Shown: piece by piece, positions 9,276 through 17,798 of the stretch
How the letters are laid out: each line of letters starts with the position of its first letter
Position numbering within the stretch: the first letter of the stretch is position 1
Assembly (NCBI GenBank): GCA_963741965.1
Contig: CAVUKC010000001.1
Coordinates: 602,794-666,793 of the forward strand
DNA length: 64,000 nucleotides
Direction of reading: 5' to 3'
From: an uncultured Chloroflexia bacterium
GTDB taxonomy: Bacteria; Chloroflexota; Chloroflexia; Thermomicrobiales; UBA6265
Translations under genes and position numbers: made by a program
Notes under the pieces: generated by a model
What the model was told of the DNA's origin: nothing
Databases searched by the model: none
Seen by the model: the letters and a program-made list of their open reading frames with translations, nothing else

Positions 9276-11947
9276 CAGGCGCGGTCCTCGTGACCAGGGC
9301 CGGCGACGCCGATCACGATGCGGTCCGGGTCGAGGTGCTGCTGCGCCGCGCGCTGCAGATCATCGACCGTCAGCGCGTTGATGATCTCCGGGAAGCGGTC
9401 GAGGTAGTCCAGCCCATGTCCGAAGCGCTCGATGTTGAGCAGCAGGCTCGTGACACCGCCCAGCGACTCGAGGCTGAGCGGCAGGCTGCCGACGATGTAG
9501 GTCTTCGCGTCCGCGAGCTCCTGCTCGGAAACCGGCTCGTTCTGCAGGCGGCGAACTTCCGACAGGATGCCGTCCACGGTGCGGTCGACATTGGCCGGAT
9601 CGACGCCGGCCCTCGCGGTCCACATGCTGGACGCAACGCCCGGCGAGAGCGAGCTGGATACGTGGTAGGCGAGACCCTGCTCGTCCCGCACGCTCGCGCC
9701 GAGACGACCCATCAGCCCGAGCTGACCGAGGATGACGTTCGCGACGTTGAGCGCGTAGTAGTCGTCGTGGCTGCGCGGTAGCGTCGGATAGGCCATCACA
9801 ATGTTGCTCTGGCTCTTGCCGGCGAGAACGCGGTCATCGCGTCGCAGCGCGTCAGGTGGGACGACGGCATCGGGCGGCACGGCGTCGGGGGTCTCGCCGG
9901 TCCAGTCGCCGAACACGCTCCCGATTCGCTCGGCAGCCGCCTCGATCGAGGCCGTGCCGCCCGCGATCGCGATCGTCATCAGACCCGGTGCGAAATGCGC
10001 GTCATGGTAGGCCGCGAGATCCTCTCGGATGAAGTGGCCGATCGATTCGACGGTGCCGTCGAGGGGGATGCGTGAGGGATGCCCTTCAGGGTAGAGCAGC
10101 TCGCGCATCGCGTCGCTGGCCACGGAGCCCGTGTCGTCCTCATCCTCGCGGATGCTGGTAATTGTCTGCTGGCGCACGCGCTCCAGCTCGTCATCCGGGA
10201 ACGTCGGGTTTCTGATCACGTCGGAGGCGAGCTCCAGAACCTGCTCGAAGTCCTCCGCGAGCGCGTGGAAGTCGACGCTGATGCTGCGGCGGCCGGCGCC
10301 AGCGCCGATCATCGCGCCGAGACCATCGATTGCGTCGTTGTACTGGGCAAACGTGCGCTGCGTGGTCCCCCGGTTGAGCGTGTCAGCCATCAGCGAGGCG
10401 ATGCCCGGCCGGAGATCCAGCGTCGCGTTCTGGCCGGCCTCGATCTCGATCGATCCGTCGATGACGTCATCCCCCTCCCGCGGCTGCGCCAGCAGCACGA
10501 TGCCGTTGGGAAGCGTCGTGCGGGAGAAGCCGTAGGAGCCGCCCGCCTCGACGCCGTCGCTGAATCCCCACGGTCTGCCAAGATCGAACGGCACGACAGC
10601 CTCGGCGGGGATCGCGGCCTCGGTGGGGATGTCCGCACCGGCGAACACACCGGTGCCGTCCTCGGGCAGCTGCCAGCCGATCGTGCGTTGGCCTGGCACG
10701 AGCCAGGTGCGAGCGACGCGCTGCACGTCTTCCGGTGTGACCGCGGCGAGCTCATCCTCGAGCGAGTCGACACGCCCGGCGTGGTCGACGATCTCCATCT
10801 GTCCGGTGAGGAACGCCTGCGCCGTCACGGTTTCGCGGGAGTAGATGTATTGCGCGCGGGTCTGCTTGCGCGCCTTGACGAACTCCTCGTCGGACGCCGG
10901 CGTGGAGCGCAAGTGCTCGAGCTGCTCCTCGAAGGCAGCCTCGATCCGCTCTGGCTCGATCCCGGGAAGCGCCGTCGCGGAGAACGTCCACAGGAACGGG
11001 TCGATGTGGAGACCGGTACTCGACGACGCACCCCGCGCGAGCCCGGTCGAGACGATCGCGCGGTAGAGGCGAGATGAGCGGCCCATGGCGCTGCCCCCGC
11101 CCATGCCCATCGGCTTGGCGCCCGAGAGGATGGAGTCGGCGACCAGCAGGGCCGGGATGTCCGCGTGGTCGGCTGCCGGCATCCGGTAGCCCATCATCAT
11201 GTAGGCCGCGGGGCTCGGGCGTCGCACCGTGACGCGGCGCTCGGCATGCTGCGGCGGGTCCTGCGGGATGTACGGATGCAGCGGCGGACCTCCGGGGATC
11301 GAGCCGAACGCCTGCTCGATCCTTGCGAGCATGTCGTCGGTCTCGAAATCGCCGACGATGGAGATGAACGCGTTCTGTGGCGTGTAGTAGTGCTGGTAGT
11401 GGTTGTAGAGGTCGTCGCGCGAGATCGCGCGCAGGTCGGCCTCGTGGCCGATCACCATGTGACGGTACGGGTGGGAGCGGAAGGCCGCGCCGATCAGCTC
11501 CTCGGCGAGGTGGTAGGTCGGCCGGTTCTCGGCGCCCTGCCGCTCGTTGAGGATCACGGTGCGCTCGCTCTCGGTCTCGGAGGGATCGAAGCGCGAGTTC
11601 CGCATGCGGTCGGACTCGATCTTCAGCGAGAGGTCGATGCTGTCGGACGGCAGCGTCTCGAAGTAGGCTGTCCAGTCCATCGACGTCATGGCGTTGAGCG
11701 TGCCGCCATGCCGAGAGACCTCGCGGAAGATGGCGCCCTTCTCGAGCGAGGGGGTGCCCTTGAACTGCATGTGCTCGACCCAATGCGACAGGCCCGTCTT
11801 GCCGGGTATCTCGTTGCGGCTGCCCACGCGATACCAGATCCAGAAAGAGGTCAGCGGGGCGCCGTGGTCCTCCCGCAGGAAGACGGTGAGCCCGTTGTCG
11901 AGCGTCCGCGAGATGAGAGGCGTCGCACCTTGGACGGGTGAGGTCAT
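9275..11947 (-). CDS. M16 (pitrilysin/insulinase) family zinc peptidase, two M16 units fused
   Basis: 890 aa. Inverted zinc motif 'HWVEHMQFKG' (HxxEH) in the N-terminal half. The C-terminal half is M16-like but lacks the motif. Confidence 0.85.
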   Translation of the reverse strand: MTSPVQGATPLISRTLDNGLTVFLREDHGAPLTSFWIWYRVGSRNEIPGKTGLSHWVEHMQFKGTPSLEKGAIFREVSRHGGTLNAMTSMDWTAYFETLPSDSIDLSLKIESDRMRNSRFDPSETESERTVILNERQGAENRPTYHLAEELIGAAFRSHPYRHMVIGHEADLRAISRDDLYNHYQHYYTPQNAFISIVGDFETDDMLARIEQAFGSIPGGPPLHPYIPQDPPQHAERRVTVRRPSPAAYMMMGYRMPAADHADIPALLVADSILSGAKPMGMGGGSAMGRSSRLYRAIVSTGLARGASSSTGLHIDPFLWTFSATALPGIEPERIEAAFEEQLEHLRSTPASDEEFVKARKQTRAQYIYSRETVTAQAFLTGQMEIVDHAGRVDSLEDELAAVTPEDVQRVARTWLVPGQRTIGWQLPEDGTGVFAGADIPTEAAIPAEAVVPFDLGRPWGFSDGVEAGGSYGFSRTTLPNGIVLLAQPREGDDVIDGSIEIEAGQNATLDLRPGIASLMADTLNRGTTQRTFAQYNDAIDGLGAMIGAGAGRRSISVDFHALAEDFEQVLELASDVIRNPTFPDDELERVRQQTITSIREDEDDTGSVASDAMRELLYPEGHPSRIPLDGTVESIGHFIREDLAAYHDAHFAPGLMTIAIAGGTASIEAAAERIGSVFGDWTGETPDAVPPDAVVPPDALRRDDRVLAGKSQSNIVMAYPTLPRSHDDYYALNVANVILGQLGLMGRLGASVRDEQGLAYHVSSSLSPGVASSMWTARAGVDPANVDRTVDGILSEVRRLQNEPVSEQELADAKTYIVGSLPLSLESLGGVTSLLLNIERFGHGLDYLDRFPEIINALTVDDLQRAAQQHLDPDRIVIGVAGPGHEDRA

Positions 11948-12105
11948 GCGTTCGGTTTTCTCCTGTTGCTCGTCCGGAGGGCACGGGGCCTGGGAGACCC
12001 GTGCTCGCGCCCGTGAGTGTGGGCCGCGTCAGTAGAGGATACCGTTTCCCCCGGTGATGCTGCGTCCGCCGTCAGTCCCGTCGCTACCAGACACATAATA
12101 GCGGA

Positions 12106-12132
12106 GCGCGCACATGTCAGACATGTGCGCGC
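12106..12132 (-). terminator. hairpin downstream of the secreted repeat-protein gene
   Basis: Perfect 11-bp stem GCGCGCACATG / CATGTGCGCGC with a 5-nt loop, 31 nt after the stop at 12163. Partly T-rich 3' flank on the minus strand. Confidence 0.55.
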
Positions 12133-12162
12133 ATTCGCATCTCGATCCTGTTGTCCGCGTCT

Positions 12163-13875
12163 TCAGCTGGTAGGCGTCGCGTGGTCGTCGGCCGCGCCTG
12201 CCAGTCCTTCGGCAAGGAACACCGTTACGCCGGTCTGCGATCCATCGCCGGTAGGCGCCATGTATACGATGCCGGCGTACCCGGACCCGTTCATCTCGCG
12301 CATCCCGAGGACCAGCTCGCCGGAGTCGTTGATCTGGCCACCGATCGGGGCGCAGGCCACCGGGTCCGCCTGGGACGGATCGCCGTTCATCGGATACGCC
12401 ACCACGACATGGTCGCTCGCCAGCAGGTCGTCCAGCGATACCGGGATGGTCGATGTCGATGTCTCGGCGACGATCGCATCGGGCTGCCCCACCGTGTCGC
12501 CGTCGGACGGCCGGCGGAGGTCGGTCAGATCGACCACCGTCTGCGTCAGCCCGTCCGGCTTGCATGTACCCGCGACAATCTCCACCGAGCGGCCCGGCGG
12601 GAGGGGCGCTGCCGTCGCGGTCGGTGCCTCCGGTGTCTGAACCGCCGGCACGGCCACGAACAGAACCCATGCCTCGGACGCCTGCGGAATCTCGATCTTC
12701 TGTGTGTCGCCGCCGAGCACCATGGTATCGGCGGGCAGCGTCGAAGTGTCGATCGTCGCCACCAGATTGGCGCCGGTGGCGACGGTGACGTAGCAGGGAT
12801 CGGTTGCGCTGGTCTCGCAGGTTCCGTAGGTGCTGCCGTCCGGCGTTGAGACCGTGACGGAGGCGCCTGCGTACTGCTCGCAGCCGCTGGGCACCGTCCC
12901 CATCATCACGAAGTCGTTCCTGGCGGTTGCATCGGGCTCGGTGTCACAGGCGAGCGCGAAGATCGGAAGGTCGAACTGCTCCTGCGTCGTGTCGCCTCGC
13001 TGGCTCACCGGGATGGTGTACCAGTCACAGATCACGTTGGTGCTGGCCGGGAGGTCGAGCTGGATGCCGCCGGTGACGTATTCGACCGGAATCTGCTCCT
13101 GATTGCTGTTGCCTTCCGTTCCCACCGCGCAGTAGACCGCATAGTCGGTGAACTCGCCCGGTGCACCGCCGGTTATCGTGTAGGTGTCTGTCGGGAGATT
13201 AGCGAACCCGACGTTGCCGTTCTCGTTGGTGGTGCCCTCTCGTGTCACGCCGTCAGTGAAGGTGAAGGACAGCCCGGGATCCGGCACGTTGTCATGACAG
13301 TCGGCGAAGAAGTCCTCCCCCTCGTACCCCTCGGGGCAGATGCGGTTGTGCACCTCGATGGAGCTGTCGCCAGCCGCCGGCGCGGTGCCGGCGAGGTTCT
13401 CCGGGATGTCGTACCAGTCACAGATAACGTTCGTGTCGGCGGGCAGCTCCAGCTGGACGCCTGTGGTGACATCCGTGACCGGAATTTGCTGCTGATTGCT
13501 GTTCCCCTCGGTACCCACTGCGCAGTACACCGCGTGGTTGGCGAATTCGCCCGGCGCGCCACCGCTGATGGTATAGGTTCCCGCGCTCAGGTTGGCGAAG
13601 CCGACGTTGCCGTTCTCGTTCGTCGTGTCGCTGTAGGTCTCGCCGGTGTCCTCGTTCGTAAAGGTGAATGGCAAACCGGGGTCCGGGACGGTGTCGTGAC
13701 AATCCTCGAAGTAATTCGAGCCTTCGTACCCCTCGGGGCAGATGCGGTCGTGGACCTCGAGCGAGCTCATGCCTTCCTGCGCCGTCGCGGCAGGTGCTGC
13801 CGCCAGCGTCGAAAGCAGGCTTATCAGGAGTGTCAGAGCTCCCAGGGAGCGGGCGAGGTGGAATGATCGTTGCAT
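12163..13875 (-). CDS. secreted Cys-rich protein with two tandem ~134-aa modules plus a divergent C-terminal region; function unknown
   Basis: 570 aa. Signal peptide 'LGALTLLISLLSTLAAAPAATAQ'. Module 1 starts 'SSLEVHDRICPEGYEG' and module 2 'SSIEVHNRICPEGYEG'. Each contains a 'TNENGNVGFANL..TYTI.GG' segment reminiscent of Cna-B/SdrD-B/carboxypeptidase-regulatory beta-sandwich repeats. Confidence 0.7.
   Translation of the reverse strand: MQRSFHLARSLGALTLLISLLSTLAAAPAATAQEGMSSLEVHDRICPEGYEGSNYFEDCHDTVPDPGLPFTFTNEDTGETYSDTTNENGNVGFANLSAGTYTISGGAPGEFANHAVYCAVGTEGNSNQQQIPVTDVTTGVQLELPADTNVICDWYDIPENLAGTAPAAGDSSIEVHNRICPEGYEGEDFFADCHDNVPDPGLSFTFTDGVTREGTTNENGNVGFANLPTDTYTITGGAPGEFTDYAVYCAVGTEGNSNQEQIPVEYVTGGIQLDLPASTNVICDWYTIPVSQRGDTTQEQFDLPIFALACDTEPDATARNDFVMMGTVPSGCEQYAGASVTVSTPDGSTYGTCETSATDPCYVTVATGANLVATIDTSTLPADTMVLGGDTQKIEIPQASEAWVLFVAVPAVQTPEAPTATAAPLPPGRSVEIVAGTCKPDGLTQTVVDLTDLRRPSDGDTVGQPDAIVAETSTSTIPVSLDDLLASDHVVVAYPMNGDPSQADPVACAPIGGQINDSGELVLGMREMNGSGYAGIVYMAPTGDGSQTGVTVFLAEGLAGAADDHATPTS
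13000..13767 (-). repeat. intragenic tandem duplication (2 x ~402 nt) inside 12163..13875
   Basis: Protein modules span aa 37-170 and 171-292. The DNA copies are roughly four-fifths identical by eye, with a shared 20-mer 'ccgacgttgccgttctcgtt' near 13208 and 13601. Confidence 0.8.
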
Positions 13876-14167
13876 CGACTATGCCTCCTGCTGTCCGTTG
13901 TCCCGCGCGCGAGGGACGAACTTGTCACGCGAGCGGGCGTTCGTGCCGCCGGTCAATCGGGGAGGGTGATCCGAGAGGCGGCGTTTCGCGAAGCAGGGCA
14001 GAGCCCCACTCTTTTGGGGCCAGCAAGCTTGCTGCCATCGGCCCAGCCAAGTCATGACGGACCGGTGCAGGTTTCGCGGCATTCCGGCGGGTACAATACA
14101 CCGGAGAAGAGCCTGGATATCACCCGCGACCGGAACCGGCCGCGAAGGGGACAACGAGGAGACACGC

Positions 14168-14566
14168 ATGGCGCAGATTCTGCCGGAGCCGTTGTACGAT
14201 CACGATCTCGCCCGCAGGGTGGTCGAGTACCTGCAGACTGGTGACACCCGGCTGTTTCCGTTCGCGGCAAAGATGGACCCGGTGAAGCGGAAGGCGTTCG
14301 CCCGCGACCTGCGCGAGGGGCTCGCCGATCTGGTCGACAGTGGCAGCGCTCGGAAAACCTCGGCGACCGGATTCATCATGAATGACCGCCGGCTCGTGGA
14401 GATCGTCGGGGAGTGGCGCCAGGCCGGCGGTGGGTGGCCGGAAGGCGCCGACCCGGATGCGCTCGACACCGCGCTCGCCGCGCTGGACGAGGGCGATGCG
14501 GAGGACGACATCGAGCTGGCGCAGGCGTTTGTGCAGGATGACCTGAACGGCTGGCGTGTGCGATAG
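14168..14566 (+). CDS. hypothetical acidic protein (132 aa)
   Basis: ATG 14168 is preceded by GAGGAGA. No family recognised. A strong bidirectional terminator follows. The tracked ORF start at 14054 lacks an RBS. Confidence 0.55.
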   Translation: MAQILPEPLYDHDLARRVVEYLQTGDTRLFPFAAKMDPVKRKAFARDLREGLADLVDSGSARKTSATGFIMNDRRLVEIVGEWRQAGGGWPEGADPDALDTALAALDEGDAEDDIELAQAFVQDDLNGWRVR

Positions 14567-14593
14567 CTCGCGAATGTCGTATCTCATGAGCGC

Positions 14594-14628
14594 AAGACCG
14601 CCGGGGGAATCGGCACCCCGGCGGTCTT
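14594..14628. terminator. bidirectional hairpin between convergent genes
   Basis: Perfect 13-bp stem AAGACCGCCGGGG / CCCCGGCGGTCTT with a 9-nt loop. It lies between the stops at 14566 (+) and 14650 (-). Confidence 0.75.
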
Positions 14629-14649
14629 GTCGTGAATGAATGCATCGCG

Positions 14650-15792
14650 CTATCGCGCGTGCGCGAAGCGTCCCATCGAGAAGAGCGGTCGTGCCGCTGC
14701 CTCGCGGTCGAGCGCGAGGTCGGCGAGATGCTGGCCGATGACGGGCGCGAACTTGAAGCCGTGACCGCTGAACCCGGCTGCGAACGCCACGTTCGGATGC
14801 TCCGGGTGCCGGTCGATGATGAAGTCCTCGTCCGGTGTCATCGAGTACATGCAGACGGTGCTCTGCGTCAGCTCGCCGGTGATGCCGTTCATGTGCCGTC
14901 GCAGGAACGGCCCGATCTCGTCCTCGACGTCGCGATCCTGTACGTCGCGATCGACGCTGTGGGGATCGACGACATCGCCGCCGCTGTGCATGCCGGACTT
15001 CATGCCGGGCACGTCGACCTGCGGCAGGCCGTACGGGTGGATGCCGTCGATCTCGACGATCCAGCAGGGGAAGGCCTCCGGCGTGATGGTCTCGGGCTGC
15101 TGGGAGGCAAACCATAGCACCGGCTTGCGACGAACATGGAGCGGCAGCCCGATCGATGCCAGCAGGTGCAGGTTCCACGCGCCGGCGGTGACGATCAGCC
15201 GGTCAGCGGTGAAGGTGCCGCGCTCCGTCTCGACTTGCACGCCCTCCCCGTCCACCGACCAGTCTGTGACGCGGCAGTTGGTTTCCAGAAGCCCGCCCGC
15301 CTGGCGCATCTCGCTGGCCATCGCGCGCAGCGCAGGACCGACCTCGAGGTACCCCGCCCGCGAGGTGAAGCATCCCACCCAATCGTCCCCAACGTTCCAC
15401 GCCGGAAATCGCCGGCGGATCTCCTCGCCGGTGATCCACTCGTAGTCGAGGTCGTAGGCGTCGGCGCTTGCGCGGGCGAGCTGGGCATGTGTCGCCCCTG
15501 GCGCCGACATGTCCAGGCAGCCGACGCGGTGGATGAGCGGCTCGCCGTTTCGGTCCTGCAGGCCGTGCCACTCGTCGTCGGCGCGCAGCGCCCACGGCAC
15601 GTAGTCCGCGCCCTCGGCGTACGCGTGACGGAAGATGCGGGTGATGCCGCCGTGACTACCGAGGCTGTGGATATGGTCGAACTGCTCGACGACGCGGACG
15701 GTGTGGCCGCGCTGAGCCACCGCCCAGCCCGCGGCGGTGCCCATCGTGCCCCCGCCGAGCACGAGAACATCTGTGTGTCGGTCGCTCATCAA
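14650..15792 (-). CDS. FAD-dependent amine oxidase of the monomeric sarcosine oxidase / N-methyltryptophan oxidase / fructosyl-amine oxidase family
   Basis: 380 aa. 'DVLVLGGGTMGTAAG' dinucleotide fold. 'CMYSMTPDEDFIIDRHP' and 'AAGFSGHGFKFAP' are typical of the MSOX family. Confidence 0.8.
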   Translation of the reverse strand: MMSDRHTDVLVLGGGTMGTAAGWAVAQRGHTVRVVEQFDHIHSLGSHGGITRIFRHAYAEGADYVPWALRADDEWHGLQDRNGEPLIHRVGCLDMSAPGATHAQLARASADAYDLDYEWITGEEIRRRFPAWNVGDDWVGCFTSRAGYLEVGPALRAMASEMRQAGGLLETNCRVTDWSVDGEGVQVETERGTFTADRLIVTAGAWNLHLLASIGLPLHVRRKPVLWFASQQPETITPEAFPCWIVEIDGIHPYGLPQVDVPGMKSGMHSGGDVVDPHSVDRDVQDRDVEDEIGPFLRRHMNGITGELTQSTVCMYSMTPDEDFIIDRHPEHPNVAFAAGFSGHGFKFAPVIGQHLADLALDREAAARPLFSMGRFAHAR

Positions 15793-15826
15793 GGATTCAC
15801 CTCGCGCCGGAAGCGCCTCGCGGATG

Positions 15827-16702
15827 CTATTTGCCGGATCCCATCGTCAGGCCCTGGATGAAGTATCGCTGCAGGAAGATGAAGAGCAAGACCGTCGGGA
15901 TCACGGCGATGAGCGTCCCGGCAAACTGGATGTTGTACGCCTGGATGAACTCGCCCTTGAGGCTGGCAAGCCCGGTGGTGACCGGCTTGAGCTCGTCCCG
16001 CTGGACGAGGATCAGCGCCCACAGGTAATCGTTGAAGATCCAGGTGAACTCGAGCGTTGCCAGCGCCGCGATCGCCGGAAGCGTCAGCGGCAGCACGTGC
16101 TGGCGATAGATGCGGAACTCGCTGGCGCCATCGATGCGGGCGGCGTCGAAGATCTCGCCGGGGATCGTCCGGATGAAGTTGCGGAGCACGAAGGTGCAGA
16201 ATCCAATCTGGAAGGTCCCGTGGAAGATGATCAGCACCCAGTAGGTGTCGTAGAGATTGAGCGTGTTGGCGAGCCGGTAGACCGGCAGCATCAGGATCTG
16301 GAAGGGCAGCAGGCTGCCGCCCACGAAGGTGAAGTAGATGATGAGGTTGCCACGGAAGCTGAAACGGGCGAGCGCGAATGCCGCCAGCGATGACATCGAA
16401 AGGCAGATGAGCAGCGCCGGGATCGTGATGATGAACGAGTTCTTCATGTAGTGGCTGAGGCCGCCGGTGTTCCAGGCCTCGGAGAAGTTTTGCAGCTCGA
16501 TTTCCGAGGGCCAGCTGAACGGCCCGTTCATGGTGATGTCGTCGAGCGACCGTACGGCGGTCAGCAGCGTCATGAAGATCGGGATCAGCCAGATGAAGAG
16601 CAGCGGTACGACGAAGAGATAGAACAGCGCGATGCGGTACGGCCGCCAATTCCGCTTCTTCGCGTAGGTGTAGCGCTGCGTATCCGCCGAGGTCGCTGCC
16701 AT
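15827..16702 (-). CDS. carbohydrate ABC transporter permease (CUT1, MalG-like)
   Basis: 291 aa with six hydrophobic segments. An EAA-loop-like region sits around 'ARIDGASEFRIYRQHVLPL'. Confidence 0.85.
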   Translation of the reverse strand: MAATSADTQRYTYAKKRNWRPYRIALFYLFVVPLLFIWLIPIFMTLLTAVRSLDDITMNGPFSWPSEIELQNFSEAWNTGGLSHYMKNSFIITIPALLICLSMSSLAAFALARFSFRGNLIIYFTFVGGSLLPFQILMLPVYRLANTLNLYDTYWVLIIFHGTFQIGFCTFVLRNFIRTIPGEIFDAARIDGASEFRIYRQHVLPLTLPAIAALATLEFTWIFNDYLWALILVQRDELKPVTTGLASLKGEFIQAYNIQFAGTLIAVIPTVLLFIFLQRYFIQGLTMGSGK

Positions 16703-16785
16703 GAGGTGCTCCTGCGTGGGTCTGGCGTGCGGGGTCCTGCCGTTACCAGGGCGGCGCTACGAACGTGCGCCGTACCGGCGGAGTC

Positions 16786-17718
16786 TCAGAACTCCATTTC
16801 CTCGCGCAACATGCGGCGCAGGTAGATGAAGATGAAGACGATGCTGATCAGCGCAAGGATGGTGGCGATCGCGGCGCCGTAGCCCATGTTGTAGTTGTTG
16901 AAGGCCTCGATATACATCATTTGCGCCAGCACGTTGGATTGGTTGTAGGGACCGCCTCGGGTCATGATGTTGACCAGGTCGAACGAGCGCAGCGCATCGA
17001 TGATCGAGATCACCACGATGATCACGGTCACCGGCTGGAGCATTGGCAGCACGATGTCGCGGAAGGACCGGAACGCCGACGCGCCGTCGACGCGTGACGC
17101 CTCGACCAGCGTCTTGTCGACGTTCTTCAGCCCGGCGAGGTAGAGCAGCATGACGTATCCGACCTGCCGCCAGAGCGCCGCGCCGATGATCGCCCAGGTG
17201 ACGATGTCCGCGTCGGCGAGGAAGCCGATCGGCATGCCGTCGCGACCGAGCTTCGCCAGCAGCTCGTTGATCATGCCGTATGGCTGGTACATCCAGGACC
17301 AGACGAGTCCGATCACCACGGTAGAGACGACCATCGGCGAGAAGAAGCCGGCCTTGAAGAACCGGGTTCCCGGCAGGTCGTTGTTGAGGATGAGTGCCAG
17401 GCCGAGCCCGGCGGCGATGGGGATGGTGATGAACGCAATGAGCCAGCGGAGATTGTTGAAGAACGACGTCCAGAAAATCTCGTCGTGGACCAGGCGGTTG
17501 TAGTTGTCGAGCCCGATGAAGTCCTGCTGCGAGATGCCGTCGGAGTTCGTGAAGCTCATCCAGATGGAGTAGAACATCGGCCCGATGACCCAGATGCAGT
17601 AGAGGGCCAGCGGCAGCACCAGAAACAGGTACGGCGTCGCCCGGTGCGCATCGCGCCACAGCGGCTTGCGTTGCGCCTGCGTTCGCGTCTCGGTGGCGGT
17701 CAGGGTCGTCTGGGCCAT
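16786..17718 (-). CDS. carbohydrate ABC transporter permease (CUT1, MalF-like)
   Basis: The tracked ORF 16786..18711 is over-extended. ATG 17718 gives 310 aa starting 'MAQTTLTATETRTQAQRKPLWRD'. EAA-type loop 'SRVDGASAFRSFRDIVLPM'. Confidence 0.85.
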   Translation of the reverse strand: MAQTTLTATETRTQAQRKPLWRDAHRATPYLFLVLPLALYCIWVIGPMFYSIWMSFTNSDGISQQDFIGLDNYNRLVHDEIFWTSFFNNLRWLIAFITIPIAAGLGLALILNNDLPGTRFFKAGFFSPMVVSTVVIGLVWSWMYQPYGMINELLAKLGRDGMPIGFLADADIVTWAIIGAALWRQVGYVMLLYLAGLKNVDKTLVEASRVDGASAFRSFRDIVLPMLQPVTVIIVVISIIDALRSFDLVNIMTRGGPYNQSNVLAQMMYIEAFNNYNMGYGAAIATILALISIVFIFIYLRRMLREEMEF

Positions 17719-17798
17719 GGATCGAGCTCCGTGCGTATGGCCTGCAGCACCGCGAGTGCGGGGGGCGGGTCGTGACGCGCCCACCCCCCGCAGAAACG

